Source of the DNA: an uncultured Spirochaetota bacterium
Lineage (GTDB): Bacteria; Spirochaetota; Spirochaetia; SZUA-6; CAVTHK01
Length of the DNA stretch: 64,000 bases
Direction: 5' to 3'
Assembly (NCBI GenBank): GCA_963734495.1
Contig: CAVTHK010000007.1
Coordinates: 192,001-256,000 of the forward strand
The position numbers and the translations under genes are program-made. Position 1 is the first letter of the stretch. The number at the start of each line of letters is the position of its first letter. Below, piece by piece: positions 42,861 through 53,772 of this stretch. The notes beneath the pieces were generated by a model. That model searched no databases. It had not been told where the DNA came from and was given only the letters and a program-made list of their open reading frames with translations.

Positions 42861-44003
42861 TCAGAAGCGGAGCGCGGTCTCGGCGGCGATTCCGGGCGTA
42901 GCGGAGCTATCCGGCCTCGGGTCCAGGCCGTACGCGGCAATGCTGGTCTCGAACGGGCCGAGCCGCCAGGCTGCCCCGGCGGAGAGGCCGCTGGCTTCGT
43001 AGCCCAGCCAGAGGCGCCCTTTCTTTCCCAGGGCGAGCTGCAGCCCGAGGTGGATACTGTCCAGCGGGTCCGCGTCGCCCAGCAGAACGGGTATCGGGTC
43101 GGTGATCTCGCCATGGATCAGGAGCGCGGGCGTGAGGGCGTACGCCGCTCCCAGCCGGACCCGCATCGGCACCGTGGCGCCCTCGTCCGTCGCTTGGCCC
43201 TCGGGAAGGGGCGCGAGCGTCACGACCGAGGTGAGGAGATCCCCCAGTTTCGCGTCCGAATACCGGAAGGTCGTATTGCCGACGTCGGTGATCGCCAGAC
43301 CGAGGCGCAGTCTCCCGAGGTCGGCGAGGGCGCCCATGTCGACTCCGAGAGCAAGACCGTAGAGCGCCCGCTCCGACCAGAGGGAGTCCAGCAGCCCGAG
43401 GCCGCCGCGCGCCGCGTCGCGAATGACCGAGCGCGCGGTCGCATCGTCGAGTGGAACCTCGGCGCGCAGCATCGGGCGCAACGACGCTCCCAGCGAAACG
43501 TTCACGCCGAGGATGTTCAGCGCATACGAATAGCCGCCCACGAGCCCGAGCTCGAAGCCGGAGTCCCCCGTCAGGACCGCGTCGCCCTGGATCTCCGCTC
43601 CCCCGGAAAGAAAGAGCCCCAGGCCGAGGCCGCGGCCCGAGTAGCCGATTCCCGCCAGCCCCCCGAACCGCACTCCCCCGGAAGCGGCCTGGTCGAGCAG
43701 GGAGGATTCGAGACCGCCGCTAAAGGGAAGGCCGCCGACCAGCCACGGGCTCAGCGACAGGACGGTGAGCTCGCCCGGCCCGGAACGGTATCCTGCAGGG
43801 TTGGAGAAGAGGGCTTCATAGCCCTCGGCGACCGCAACGCTCGAACCGCCCTGCGCCGCAATCGAGGGCAGCACCGGCTGGACGGGCGCGTCGAGCGCGG
43901 CCGCCGCGGGCGCAAGGAATGCCACAAGCGCAAGCCCGAGCAGAGTCAAAGCGACAGGCCGCAGCCTTCGCGTCCTGGGGACTGCGGGGCACGAGAGCAC
44001 CAA
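42861..44003 (-). CDS. FadL/TraF-like outer-membrane beta-barrel (paralog of 40934-42106)
   Basis: AAQGG-x-x-VA...FSNPAG; G-x-DMG; IHLG; GLSAG; C-terminal ALRF. Confidence 0.65.
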   Translation of the reverse strand: MVLSCPAVPRTRRLRPVALTLLGLALVAFLAPAAAALDAPVQPVLPSIAAQGGSSVAVAEGYEALFSNPAGYRSGPGELTVLSLSPWLVGGLPFSGGLESSLLDQAASGGVRFGGLAGIGYSGRGLGLGLFLSGGAEIQGDAVLTGDSGFELGLVGGYSYALNILGVNVSLGASLRPMLRAEVPLDDATARSVIRDAARGGLGLLDSLWSERALYGLALGVDMGALADLGRLRLGLAITDVGNTTFRYSDAKLGDLLTSVVTLAPLPEGQATDEGATVPMRVRLGAAYALTPALLIHGEITDPIPVLLGDADPLDSIHLGLQLALGKKGRLWLGYEASGLSAGAAWRLGPFETSIAAYGLDPRPDSSATPGIAAETALRF

Positions 44004-44167
44004 GGACCGCTCACCTCAAATACCGCGGGTCGATCGGCCGCGGCGCAGCATCGAACGACCCGAAATATACCCCGCCGCGCGGGGAAAGCAAGGCGGCGCC
44101 GGTCCGACCGGGGCTCCGGGGCCCGCGGCTCGAACGGTGGACCGGCAGCGCGCCGGTCAGCCGCCGC

Positions 44168-44786
44168 TCAGCTTCTTCTTGACGTTCTCCAGCCCGCGCT
44201 GCGCCTCGGTGCAGCCCCGAGTTCAGCTTGAGCGCGTTCTCGTACGCCGCCTGCGCGTTGGCGTAGTCTCCACCGGTCTCGCGGGCGTACCCGAGCCGGG
44301 CCCACCAGCGGGCGTTCTGGCCCTCGAAATGGAGGGCCGTGGAAAAGGCGATGTCGGCGTTGTTGTACTGCCCGAGGCGGATGAAGATCTCGCCCATGTA
44401 AGTAGTAGACGGACGCGACGCGCCCTCCGGTCGGCGCGAGCGTCACGTACTGCTCGAAGTAGGCCAGCGCCTCGCGGTTCTTGCCCATGGAGTAGAGCGC
44501 CTCGCCCGCGATCTGGACGAGGCGGGGATCGTACGGCGCCATGTCCAGGGCCTTGCGCGTCTGATCGTAGGCCTCCTCCTGCCGGTTGAGCGCGAGCAGG
44601 CTCCACCCCATGACCGTGTAGGAGTCCATGTTGCGCGGCATTTCCTGCAGCTCGTTGAGGCAGACCTGGACGCGCTTCTTCGTAGCGGCCCTCGCGGTAC
44701 AGGCGCAGGGCGTCGGGCCGATCCTGCGCCGCGGCCCAGCCCGCCGCCAGCAGCGCGAGGATGACGATCAGAGCCTTCTTCGCCAT
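44168..44786 (-). CDS. Exported TPR protein (frameshifted)
   Basis: Signal peptide and multiple TPR repeats across frames. Confidence 0.8.
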
Positions 44787-44794
44787 CGGTTCCC

Positions 44795-45142
44795 CTACTC
44801 CATGCGGCAGTAGCCGTTGAAGCGGCACCCGCCCTCGACCTCGAGGCTCGGGGCCGTGATGTCGCCCTCCACCTGCGCGGTCGAGAACAGCTCCACGCGC
44901 CGTTTGGCCTGGATATCGCCCGTGATCCTGCCGCGGGCAGAGACGAGACCGGCCTCGATCTGCGCCTCGACGACGGCGTCGGGCCCGACGTACAGGTCGC
45001 CGGAGGCGCGGATCTCGCCTCGGAACTTTCCCTTGATCATCAGGGGTTTCGTGAAGCTGAGGACGCCTTCGAAGTCGATGTCCTCCGCGAGGACCGTGTC
45101 GATCTCGTTCTCTTCGACCTTGTCGATCCGGACTTCCGTCAT
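44795..45142 (-). CDS. Bactofilin (polymer-forming cytoskeletal protein)
   Basis: T-x-L-x-x-x-x-x-FEG...G-x-x-x-G-x-I...V-x-GDI...G-x-x-FNG-x-C-x-M. Confidence 0.9.
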   Translation of the reverse strand: MTEVRIDKVEENEIDTVLAEDIDFEGVLSFTKPLMIKGKFRGEIRASGDLYVGPDAVVEAQIEAGLVSARGRITGDIQAKRRVELFSTAQVEGDITAPSLEVEGGCRFNGYCRME

Positions 45143-45155
45143 GCCCGCGCCGACT

Positions 45156-45914
45156 TCATTGTGCCCGCCGCTCTTCGCCGGTGTCAAGCGATCCCTCCTC
45201 GAGTGTGCTCATGATGCGCGCGAGCGACTCATGGAGCCTCGCGCGCATCGCGGCCGTGAACGGATTGTACCGCTGCAGGTCGACGAACAGCTGCCACGGA
45301 TCGTTGCAGGTCTGCTCGATGATCTCCAGCAGCTTGTTGTACCCCACCGTCGCTGATGGGCGAGGGCGCAAGACCGAGGTCCGCTAGGACGCGCCCCACG
45401 TAGTGCGTCACCCCCTGCGTGAACGCCGCCTCCCGGTCGTGCTCCTCGGGGGCCATCCGCACGACGCGCAGCCCCAGCCCTTCGAAGAAGCGGATCCACC
45501 ACGGAGGCGGTCGTCGGGGGCGCGCACGGGACTGAGGATCATCGGCAGCCCTGCCAGCCCGTTGCGCGCCGAGTCCGGGCCGAACATGGGGTGCGACGCG
45601 ATGATGTGCACGCCCGGAGGCAGCAGCCCCTCCATGACGCGCACGGGGTGCACCTTGACCGAGCACGTGTCGAAGACGACGGTGCCGGGCGCGACGCGCG
45701 ACGCGATGCGGCCGACGACCTCCTCGAAGGCCGAGATCGCGACGCAGAGAAACAGCGCCGGCGCGCGCAGCACCTCGTCCTCCGAGGCCGCGAGCACGCC
45801 GGGCGGCAGGGGATGGCCCTGACTGCGCGACCAGGCCCCCACGGAGAGATGGCGGGCGAGCATCGCGGCCCAGAAGCTCCCGAAACGGCCCAGCCCGTAG
45901 ACGCCGACGTCCAT
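45156..45914 (-). CDS. tyrA: Prephenate/arogenate dehydrogenase (frameshifted)
   Basis: G-x-G-x-FG, DTCSVK, HPMFGP, EEHD-x-x-x-A-x-x-Q-x-x-TH. Confidence 0.85.
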
Positions 45915-46102
45915 CGTGCTCGACTCATACACCGTTTCGGAGGCCGATGTAAAGGAACGCGCGCGTGGCCGAAGCGCCGCGCCCGAAAAGGGCGCGCCTT
46001 CCCTTTACAAGCGCGGGCTATCGACGGCCTGGCCTGTCACGATTCAAGCGGCGGGTCGATCGCAGCGCGCCGCGGCCCGCCGCGGCCGGGGGATGGTGGC
46101 CG

Positions 46103-47106
46103 ATGGACTTTGTGCCCGAGATGCGGAGAAAGGCGAGCGGCAACCCTCGCCGGCTGGTGCTTCCCGAAGGCGAGGAGCCCAGGATCTTCAAGGCGGCGCG
46201 AAGCCTGCTCGACGAAAAGCTGGCGGCCGAGGTCGTGCTGCTCGGCAGCCGCGACGGCATCGCCGCGAAGGCGAAGTCCGAAGGCGTGAGCCTCAAGGGC
46301 ATCCGGATCGTCGACCCGGCAGTCCTCGCCGGACCGGGACGCGTTCGTCGACGAATACTACGAGCTGCGCAAGCAGAAAGGCGTCACCCCCGAGCAGGCC
46401 CGCGAGGTCATGACCGGCGACGTCCTGCACTGGGGCGCGATGATGGTCCGACGCGGCCAGGTCGACGCGATGGTCGGAGGCGTCATCAACCCGACGGCCA
46501 AGCTGCTGCGCGCGGCCCTCGCCGTCATCCGGACGAGCCCGGGCACAAAGGTCGCCTCCTCCTGCTTCGTGATGTGCCACCCGGACCGCAAGTGGGGCGT
46601 CGACGGCCACATGATCTTCGCCGACTGCGCCATCGTCCCCGACCCGGACGCGGAGCAGCTCGCGGAGATCGCAATCGCCTCGGCCAGATCCTGCCGCTCG
46701 TTCCTCGGGCGCGGAGCCCGTGGTCGCCATGCTCTCCTTTTCGACCAAGGGGAGCGCCGAGCACCCCAGGGCGGAAAAGGTGAAGGAAGCCGTTCGCATC
46801 GTCAAGGAGCGCGCGCCCGACATGATCGTCGACGGCGAGATGCAGGCCGACGCGGCGCTGATCCCCTCGGTGGGCGCGCAGAAGGCGCCCGGCTCGCCGG
46901 TGGCGGGCAAGGCGAACGTCCTCGTGTTCCCCGACCTGGGGGCCGGCAACATCGGCTACAAGCTGGTGCAGAGGCTCGCGGGCGCCGAGGCCTACGGCCC
47001 GTTCCTGCAGGGCTTCGCGAAGCCGGTGAGCGACCTCTCGCGCGGGGCCTCGGTCGGCGACGTCGTGAACACGGCGGTCGTCACGCTGGTCCAGGCGCTG
47101 GGCTGA
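46103..47106 (+). CDS. pta: Phosphate acetyltransferase (frameshifted)
   Basis: LPEG-x-E, FADCA, AMLSFST-x-GS, DGEMQ-x-DAA, FPDL-x-AGNIGYK, DLSRG. Confidence 0.93.
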
Positions 47107-47170
47107 CGCCTTCCGGGAGCGCCGGGACCGTGCCGATGCAGACGGGGCCCGGCCGGCGGCTGCCTTCAAC

Positions 47171-47199
47171 TTGCCTCCGTAGGCCCGAGCGGATAGACT
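47171..47199 (+). promoter_or_regulatory. dapB promoter TTGCCT-17-TAGACT (leaderless-type)
   Basis: ATG lies 7 nt after the -10 box, with no SD. Confidence 0.6.
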
Positions 47200-47206
47200 T
47201 TCCCGC

Positions 47207-47953
47207 ATGAAGGCGCTGCTGGTCGGCTACGGGAGCATGGGCCACGAGGTGGAGAAGGTGCTCGCGTCGCGCGGGCACACGGTCGCATCGCGCGTCGACC
47301 CCGTCGGGGGCGACGTGCCGTCGCTCGATGCGGTCAAGCCCGGTCAGGCTGACGTCGCGATCGAGTTCTCGCTGCCGGCGGCGGTCGTGGACAACGCCCG
47401 GCAGTACGCGCGGATCGGGCTGAGCGCGGTCGTCGGCACCACCGGCTGGTACGATCGGCAAAGCCGAGGTCGAGCGGATCGTCAGCCGGGTCCTCCATCG
47501 GCTACCTCTACGGTCCCAACTTCTCGCTCGGGGTGCACATCTTCTACAGGATCGTCGCGGCGGCCACGCGCCTCGTGAACCCCGTCGACGAGTACGACAT
47601 CCTCGGCTTCGAGATGCACCACAAGCGCAAGAAGGATTCGCCTTCGGGCACCGCGCTCGCGATCGCGAAGGTGATCCTGGACAACGAGCGTACGCAAGAA
47701 GCGCGTCGTGACCGAAAGGCTCGACCGGGCGATCGAGCCCGAGGAGCTTCACTTCGCCTCCGTGCGCGGGGGCACCTACCCCGGCGTGCACACGGTGGCG
47801 CTCGATTCGGCGGCGGACACGATCGAGCTCACGCACACGGCGCGCACGCGCGGCGGGTTCGCGGTCGGCGCCGTCATGGCCGCGGAGTGGCTGGGGCGCC
47901 GCAAGGGCTTCTTCGCGGTGGACGCGTTCGTCGACGAGATCTTGAAGGCCTGA
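47207..47953 (+). CDS. dapB: 4-hydroxy-tetrahydrodipicolinate reductase (frameshifted)
   Basis: GYG-x-MG, GTTGW, NFSLG, E-x-HH-x-x-K-x-D-x-PSGTA, H-x-A-x-x-R-x-GFA-x-GA. Confidence 0.92.
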
Positions 47954-48096
47954 AGGGCCCCCCAAGAGGGGGCTTGGGACCTGACGAGGACGTCAGGGAG
48001 GGCCCCTCGGAAACTCGGGGCTTGGGGCTTGGCGAAGACGCCAACGAGGGCCCCTCGAAGACGTCGGGGCTTGGGACCTGACGAGGACGTCAGGTC
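47954..48096 (+). repeat. Three tandem two-hairpin units between dapB and dapA
   Basis: Unit: AGGGCCCC..GGGGCTT-GGGR-[CCTGACG AGGA CGTCAGG or CTTGGCG AAGA CGCCAAC]; units start at 47954, 47999 and 48047. Confidence 0.9.
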
Positions 48097-48109
48097 ATAG
48101 GAGGGACAC

Positions 48110-48985
48110 ATGTTCAAGGGAGTCTACACCGCGCTCGTGACGCCGTTCCACGAGGACGGCAGCCTGGACGAAGCCGCCCTTCGCAAGCTCGTCGACCTGC
48201 AGATCGCGGGCGGCGTCGCCGGGCTCGTCCCGATGGGCACGACGGGCGAGAGCCCGACGGTCGACCACGGCGAGCACACCGAGGTGATCCGCATCGTCAT
48301 CGAGCAGACGCGCGGCCGTGTGCCGGTGATCGCGGGCACGGGGTCGAACTCGACGCAGGAGGCGGTCGACCTGACCGTCCGCGCCAGGAAGCTCGGCGCG
48401 ACCGCTTCGCTGCAGGTGAGCCCCTACTACAACAAGCCGACGCAGGAGGGCCTCTACCGCCACTTCACCAAGGTCGCCGACGAAGGCGGGCTGCCCGTCA
48501 TCGTCTACAACATCCCCGGCCGCACGGGCGTCACGGTGGAGAACGAAACGATGCTGCGCCTCGCGGCCAACAGGAACATCGTGGGCGTCAAGGAGGCGAC
48601 CGGCAACATGCCGCTGGTCCTCGACCTCATGCGGCGCAAGCCGGCGGATTTCGACGTGCTCTCCGGCGACGACAACATCACCTTCCCCCTCATCTGCCTG
48701 GGCGGCGTGGGAGTCATCTCCGTCGTGAGCAACCTGACCCCGGCACCGGTGGTGGAGATGGTGGCGGCCGCGCTCAAGGGCGACGTGGCGAATGCCCGGC
48801 GGCTGCACAACCGGCTCTATCCGCTGTTCAAGGGGCTGTTCATCGAGACGAACCCGATCCCCGTCAAGGCGGCGATGGCGATGAAGGGGCTGATCAAGGC
48901 CACCTACCGCCTGCCGATGTGTCCTCTCAGCCCGCAGCACCAGAAGGAGCTCGAAGGGATCCTCAAGGAGCAGGGGCTCCTGTAG
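48110..48985 (+). CDS. dapA: 4-hydroxy-tetrahydrodipicolinate synthase
   Basis: TALVTPF, GTTGE, PYYNKP, YNIPGRT, GVKEA, SGDD, NPIPVK. Confidence 0.97.
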   Translation: MFKGVYTALVTPFHEDGSLDEAALRKLVDLQIAGGVAGLVPMGTTGESPTVDHGEHTEVIRIVIEQTRGRVPVIAGTGSNSTQEAVDLTVRARKLGATASLQVSPYYNKPTQEGLYRHFTKVADEGGLPVIVYNIPGRTGVTVENETMLRLAANRNIVGVKEATGNMPLVLDLMRRKPADFDVLSGDDNITFPLICLGGVGVISVVSNLTPAPVVEMVAAALKGDVANARRLHNRLYPLFKGLFIETNPIPVKAAMAMKGLIKATYRLPMCPLSPQHQKELEGILKEQGLL

Positions 48986-49879
48986 GCCCCGGGTCGCCGG
49001 CGCCGGCGACCCGCGCCCGCGAGCGCGTTCGCGAGACGCACCCAGTCCGCCACGTCGTACTCCTCGGGCCGCCGCGAGGGGTCGATGCCGGCGGCAGCAC
49101 AGGCCTCCAGCACCTGCTGTCGGACTGTGGCCCGCAGGAACGCGGCCCGCGGCGATGCTCGCACGCAGCGTCTTGCGGCGGCTCGCGAAGAGCGCCCGCA
49201 CGAGGCCGCGGAAGAGGCTCCCGTCCGCGGGCGCCTCGCCCGCGGGCCGCGGCCGCAGGCTCACGATCGTCGACGTCACCTCGGGCGCCGGGTAGAAGGA
49301 GCCGGGCCGCAGGTCGCCGTGGCGCTCGATGAACGACGCGCTGCGGCAAAGGATCGAGAACGAGGAGTAGCCCTCGTCGCCGGGCCGCGCCAGCATCCGC
49401 GCGGCGAGCTCCTTCTGCACCGTGAACACGGAGAGCCCGGGCAGCGCCGCAGACTCGGCGAGCGAGGCGATGATCGCCGACGCCGACGCGTACGGCAGGT
49501 TCCCGATCAGCCGGTCGGGCAGCCCGGCGCGCGCGGCCTCCTCCTTCCACGTCTCGAGCGCGTCCCCGGCGACGACGCGAAAGCGCGGCTCGCCGAATCG
49601 CGATTCGAGAAACCCGATCGCCCTGCGGTCGATCTCGAATGCCGTGACCGCAGCGATGCCCGGGATCGCCAGCAGCATCTCGGTCATCGCGCCGAGGCCG
49701 GGCCCGATCTCCCAGACCGTCATGCCCGCGCCCGCATCGAGCAGCGAGACCAGCTTCGCGCGGGCGCCCCGGTTGATGAGGAAGTTCTGGCCCCACCGCT
49801 TCTTGAGCGTCATCCCGAGCGCGGCGAGCGTCGCGCGGATCTCGGCGGGCGAATCGTGGTTGAGCCCGGCCCCGCTCAC
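48904..49879 (-). CDS. rsmA: 16S rRNA m6,2A dimethyltransferase (frameshift near 49140; 3' end uncertain)
   Basis: K-x-x-GQNFL, EIGPGLG, GNLPY, QKE-x-A-x-R, F-x-PAP-x-V-x-S, RRKTL. Confidence 0.92.
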
Positions 49880-51227
49880 ATTCCCCCCGCGAGGATGACC
49901 GCGGGCGCCCGCGCGAGGAAGCGTCCGCCTTCGAGCAATAACGAATAGAGCCAGGCCAGCGCCCTCGGCACGCCGACGTCAAAGCCGGGCAGCGCGGAAA
50001 GCGGGAGCGCCAGCAGCCCCGCGCACAGGAAGAGCATCACCAGCGGCCCGCCGACGAGCGTCGCCGACGAACCCCACCGGGTACCAGGCGCCGAAGCTCG
50101 CGAGCGACAGCGGGAGCGTCGCGGCCTGCGCGCCCGCGGTCACGGAGACCGGGACCGCGACGGCCGGCGGCAGCCACTTCTCCAGCGGCCGCGCGAGCAG
50201 CGCGCTGCCCGCGATCAGCCCCGCGACCGCGAGGTAGGAGAGCTGGAAGGCCAGGGTGAAGGCGTCCCTCGGGTCGATCGCGATGTGCGCGAAGAGCACG
50301 AGCCCCAGCAGGTTGGCCGGGCGGGTGTCGCGGTCGCAGAGGCGGCTCACGCCGGCGGCCAGGAACGCCAGCGTGGCGCGCAGCAGCGACGGCGCCGGGC
50401 CCGCGAGCCACAGGTAGCCGCAGGCGAGGACGGCAACGGCGGCCCACCGGGCCCGAGGCCGCAGCAGCGGCTTGCAGGAGCGCGCCTGCCAGCATGTAGA
50501 TCGCGCCCACGTGCAGACCGGACAGAGCCAGCAGGTGAAGGGTCCCCGTGCGCGCGAACGCGTCTTCCATCTCCGCGGGGATGCCGTAGCGGTCGCCGAG
50601 GAAGAGCGCGAGCAGCAGCGCCGACGCGGGGTAGCCGAGCCTGTCCGCGGCACGCTCAACGGCGGCCCGCGCGCCCGCGCGCGTCCGAGCAACGGCCGAC
50701 GAGAACCCCGCGCGCTCGACGGCGCGGGCGCGGAACACGAAGGGCACCAGCGGGTCGTCCGACCGCGCCAGCGTCCCGCGCGCCGCCAGCCGCTCGCCGG
50801 CGGTCACCCGGTCCGCCTCCGGCAGCAGCAGGCGCGCAGCCCCGCGCGCGGCCGCGGCGGTGGCACCGTCCCGGCCGACCGCGCGCTCCAGGCCGACGAG
50901 GACGACCGAGCCGCCGCCGCGGGCGGGCCGCGAGTCCTCGAGCGCGGTGGCTGCCACGCTTCCGACCGCTGCCGCGGGCAGCCCGGCATGCGCGCGCCCC
51001 GCGGCGAGCGCAAGGGACAGGGCCAGCAGGCCGCCCGCGGCGAGGCCGTATCCTGCGGCCGCGGCCGCGCGGCCGGCGGCGCGCGGCAGGGTCACGCCGC
51101 ATGCGGCCACCAGCGCGCCGCAGCCGAACGCCGCAAGCGCGGGCAGCAGCCGGCAGCCCGCCCCCAGGAGCGCGGCCAGGGCGGCCGCTGCCGCCAGAAC
51201 CGCCGGCGGGATCCTTCCCTTTACCAT
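49876..51227 (-). CDS. comEC: ComEC/Rec2 competence protein, short form (frameshifted)
   Basis: G-x-x-HLLALSGLHV, PS-x-x-RA, FQLSY-x-A; no metallo-beta-lactamase domain. Confidence 0.85.
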
Positions 51228-52406
51228 TTCAAGCTGCTGATCGCGTCCCTGGCCGCCTGCTTGACCCGTCGCTGTAGCCCAGGTACTGGGCATAGGAGAG
51301 GTTCGCGAAGGCGACCTTGTCGCCGAGGCGCTTGAGGCCGCGCGATCACCGCGAGCACGATCTGCTCGTCATAGGCCTTGCCGTGCTCGCGGTAGGAGTT
51401 GAGCAGCTCGAGGTAGAGCGTGAGCCTCTCGGCCGCCTCGTGCGTGCTCATCGCCGCGAGCCCGTTCACGGCGCCGACCAGGTACGTGACGTCCACCTGC
51501 CCGCGGTCGTACTCGAGGGCGGCGGTGGAAAAGTGCTCGATGGCGAGCGGCGTGGCGTGCGACCAGCGCGCGGCCTCCAGCACGGCCATGGCCGAAGCGC
51601 GCAGCTCCCGCCCGACCGAGCGACTCTCCTGCGCGGGGGCCGACAGCGCCAGCCCCGCGCGCAGCGCCTCTTCTGCGAGCGTCGCCCGGCCGTTCTGGTC
51701 CATCTTCGGGCTCGAGACCGCAAGGACGAAGGCGTCGCGCCGCTCCACCGGCGTGCCTGTGCGGATGATCGCCCCGAAGAGATCCTGCAGATTCCCGTCG
51801 GTCGCGAGCAGCGCGGCATCCGCGGCGGCCGTGATCTCCGCCGAGTACCCCAGCGACCCGCGCCGCGAACAGCGCCCGGAACGAGACCGGGTCCCGGATC
51901 GCGCCCAGCGCCTTGACCATCGCGAGGACGACCTGCGGGTCCGGCCGGCTCTGAGTGCCGAACAGCCTGTTCTGCGAGTCGAGGTACTCCGCCATCGCGG
52001 TCACGAGCTGCCTGTCGCCCGAGGCCGTGACTTCCATTGCCCTCAGGGCCAGGAGGCGCGTCGACGGGTCGGGGGCGGCCTTGAACAGCTCCCAGACCGC
52101 GCCGCGGGCGTCACGGTACTTCTCCTCCGCGATCCTGCCCAGGGCGAGAGACGCCATCTCCCGGATACGGCTTTCTGACGCGGTCTCCGCCGCGCGGCCT
52201 CCGACGAACTCGACCACCTTCTGGTAGAAGCCGCCCATGCCCTGGACCTTCGAGTCTACGGCGTCGCGCACGACGGCCACGCGCGTGTCGAGGTCCTCGG
52301 CCCGATCGAAGTTCTTCGTGAACGTCGCCGTCAGGACCTGGATGTCCTGGGCACCGAGCGGAGCAAGCGCGAGCGCCACCAGGGCTATCACGGGCCAGGC
52401 ACGCAT
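51221..52406 (-). CDS. Exported HEAT-repeat protein (frameshifted)
   Basis: Signal peptide, helical repeats (VLAMVKALGAIRD, VLAVI...LGD), C-terminal LKW. Confidence 0.7.
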
Positions 52407-52504
52407 GATTTCACCCTCGACTTGGTGTCTCAATGGCCCCTTGTCCTCGGGGGGTCGCCAGGTCCCCAGGCCCGCCGTACTCGGTGGGCTCCTAGGCGGA
52501 GCGT

Positions 52505-52533
52505 AGTTTAGCGCCGAGCGGACAGGGGATCAA
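52505..52533 (-). promoter_or_regulatory. sigma70 promoter TTGATC-17-TAAACT with a structured leader of about 90 nt
   Basis: Read directly on the minus strand. Confidence 0.6.
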
Positions 52534-52600
52534 CCGAGAGGCGGCCGGGAGACCACCCGTGCGGCCGCAGCAGATATGTCGGGCGCGGTCCGCCGGCAGG

Positions 52601-53696
52601 CTAGACGGCCTCCCCTTCCGGCCGGCTCGGCGCGGCCGCCGGCCTGGGCGCGGGAGGCTTCGCTTCGACCTTGGGCGGGGAGTTGTTCTCCTGCCTCTCG
52701 CCGAAGATGTTGTACACAAAGGCGCGGATCTCGTTCTTTGCGCGCAGCGATGGTTCGCGCGCCTGGATGTGCAGGACGGACCTGTTCTTTTTTTCGTCGA
52801 AGGTGGTGCCCCGCACGACTCCGCTCATCGTGATGGGGTGGTCGCTGATGCGGAACTGGAACTTCACGGGGAGGCCGACCTTGGCGCGCCCGCCGATCAG
52901 GAGGGCGGCGCCGTCCTCCGAGATGTCCACGAGGCGACAGCGCAGGCCGTCGGTGTTCTCCCAGTCGTCGGTCCCCTCCTCGATCGTGCGCAGCGGGTAC
53001 AGGTTGGCCGGGACGTCGGCATCCGCGCGGACACTCCGCCGCTTCTGCGTGCGCACGACGCTGTCGGTGTGCGAGACGTGGAGAATCGGGTACTTCCTGT
53101 CGGTGTAGTCCTCGAGGACCTTCGTCTGGCAGTAGTAGCCCGCGTCGCCCTCGCGCCAGAAGTTGATCGCGATCTGCTGGTTCTTCCAGGAGAAACCGGG
53201 CGGCAGCTTGGGCCCCTGCGGGTAGGAGATCGCCATGTAGCGCCGCAGGTTGTCTACGACCACCGAGGTGAAGGGGCCGAGGCTCGGCAGCAGGATGTTC
53301 AGGCGCTGCCGGTTGGCGATTTCGCGGGTGGTCTTGAGGCCCAGCGTGTACTTGGGCTGGTTGAACTCGACGCGTCTGCGGAACTCGAAGAGCTTGGAGA
53401 CGAAGTGCGACCGCCTCCGGAGCGCCCTCCTGGTTGAGGGAACGATAGCGGGTGATCACCGCGCGGATCGACCTGTCGAGGAGCCGGATGGACCAGAACA
53501 GGGACGTCGGGTTCTTGATGCGGTTGTCCACCGCCATGCGGCGCAGGAGGTTGATCTCCCCGAACCGAAAGCCCGACTCCCGGCCCTTCAGGTAGAACTG
53601 GATCCAGGGGAAGCTGCCCCCGCCCGCCCGACGGAGCAGGAGCACGAAAGCGACCAGCCCCAAAAAGACGAGAGCGGCGATGATCACGATCGCCAT
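52601..53696 (-). CDS. Membrane-anchored PilZ domain protein (YcgR-like; frameshift near 53410)
   Basis: N-terminal TM helix; QKRRSVR and DISEDG c-di-GMP motifs. Confidence 0.85.
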
Positions 53697-53737
53697 AGGT
53701 ATATTATCGAACCTCCCGCACCCGCACCTTGAGAGAA

Positions 53738-53766
53738 TTGACAGGGGCCTGCGCCGCCCCTACAGT
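53738..53766 (+). promoter_or_regulatory. sigma70 promoter TTGACA-17-TACAGT (leaderless-type)
   Basis: ATG 53773 lies 6 nt after the -10 box. Confidence 0.7.
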
Positions 53767-53772
53767 CCGTCC

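Noticed and set aside
47954..48096. Mini CRISPR array
   Set aside because: The units are contiguous hairpins without unique spacers of regular length, and no cas genes are present.
48904..48985. Convergent rsmA/dapA overlap as antisense regulation
   Set aside because: The rsmA 3' end is frameshift-affected, so the overlap length is unreliable.
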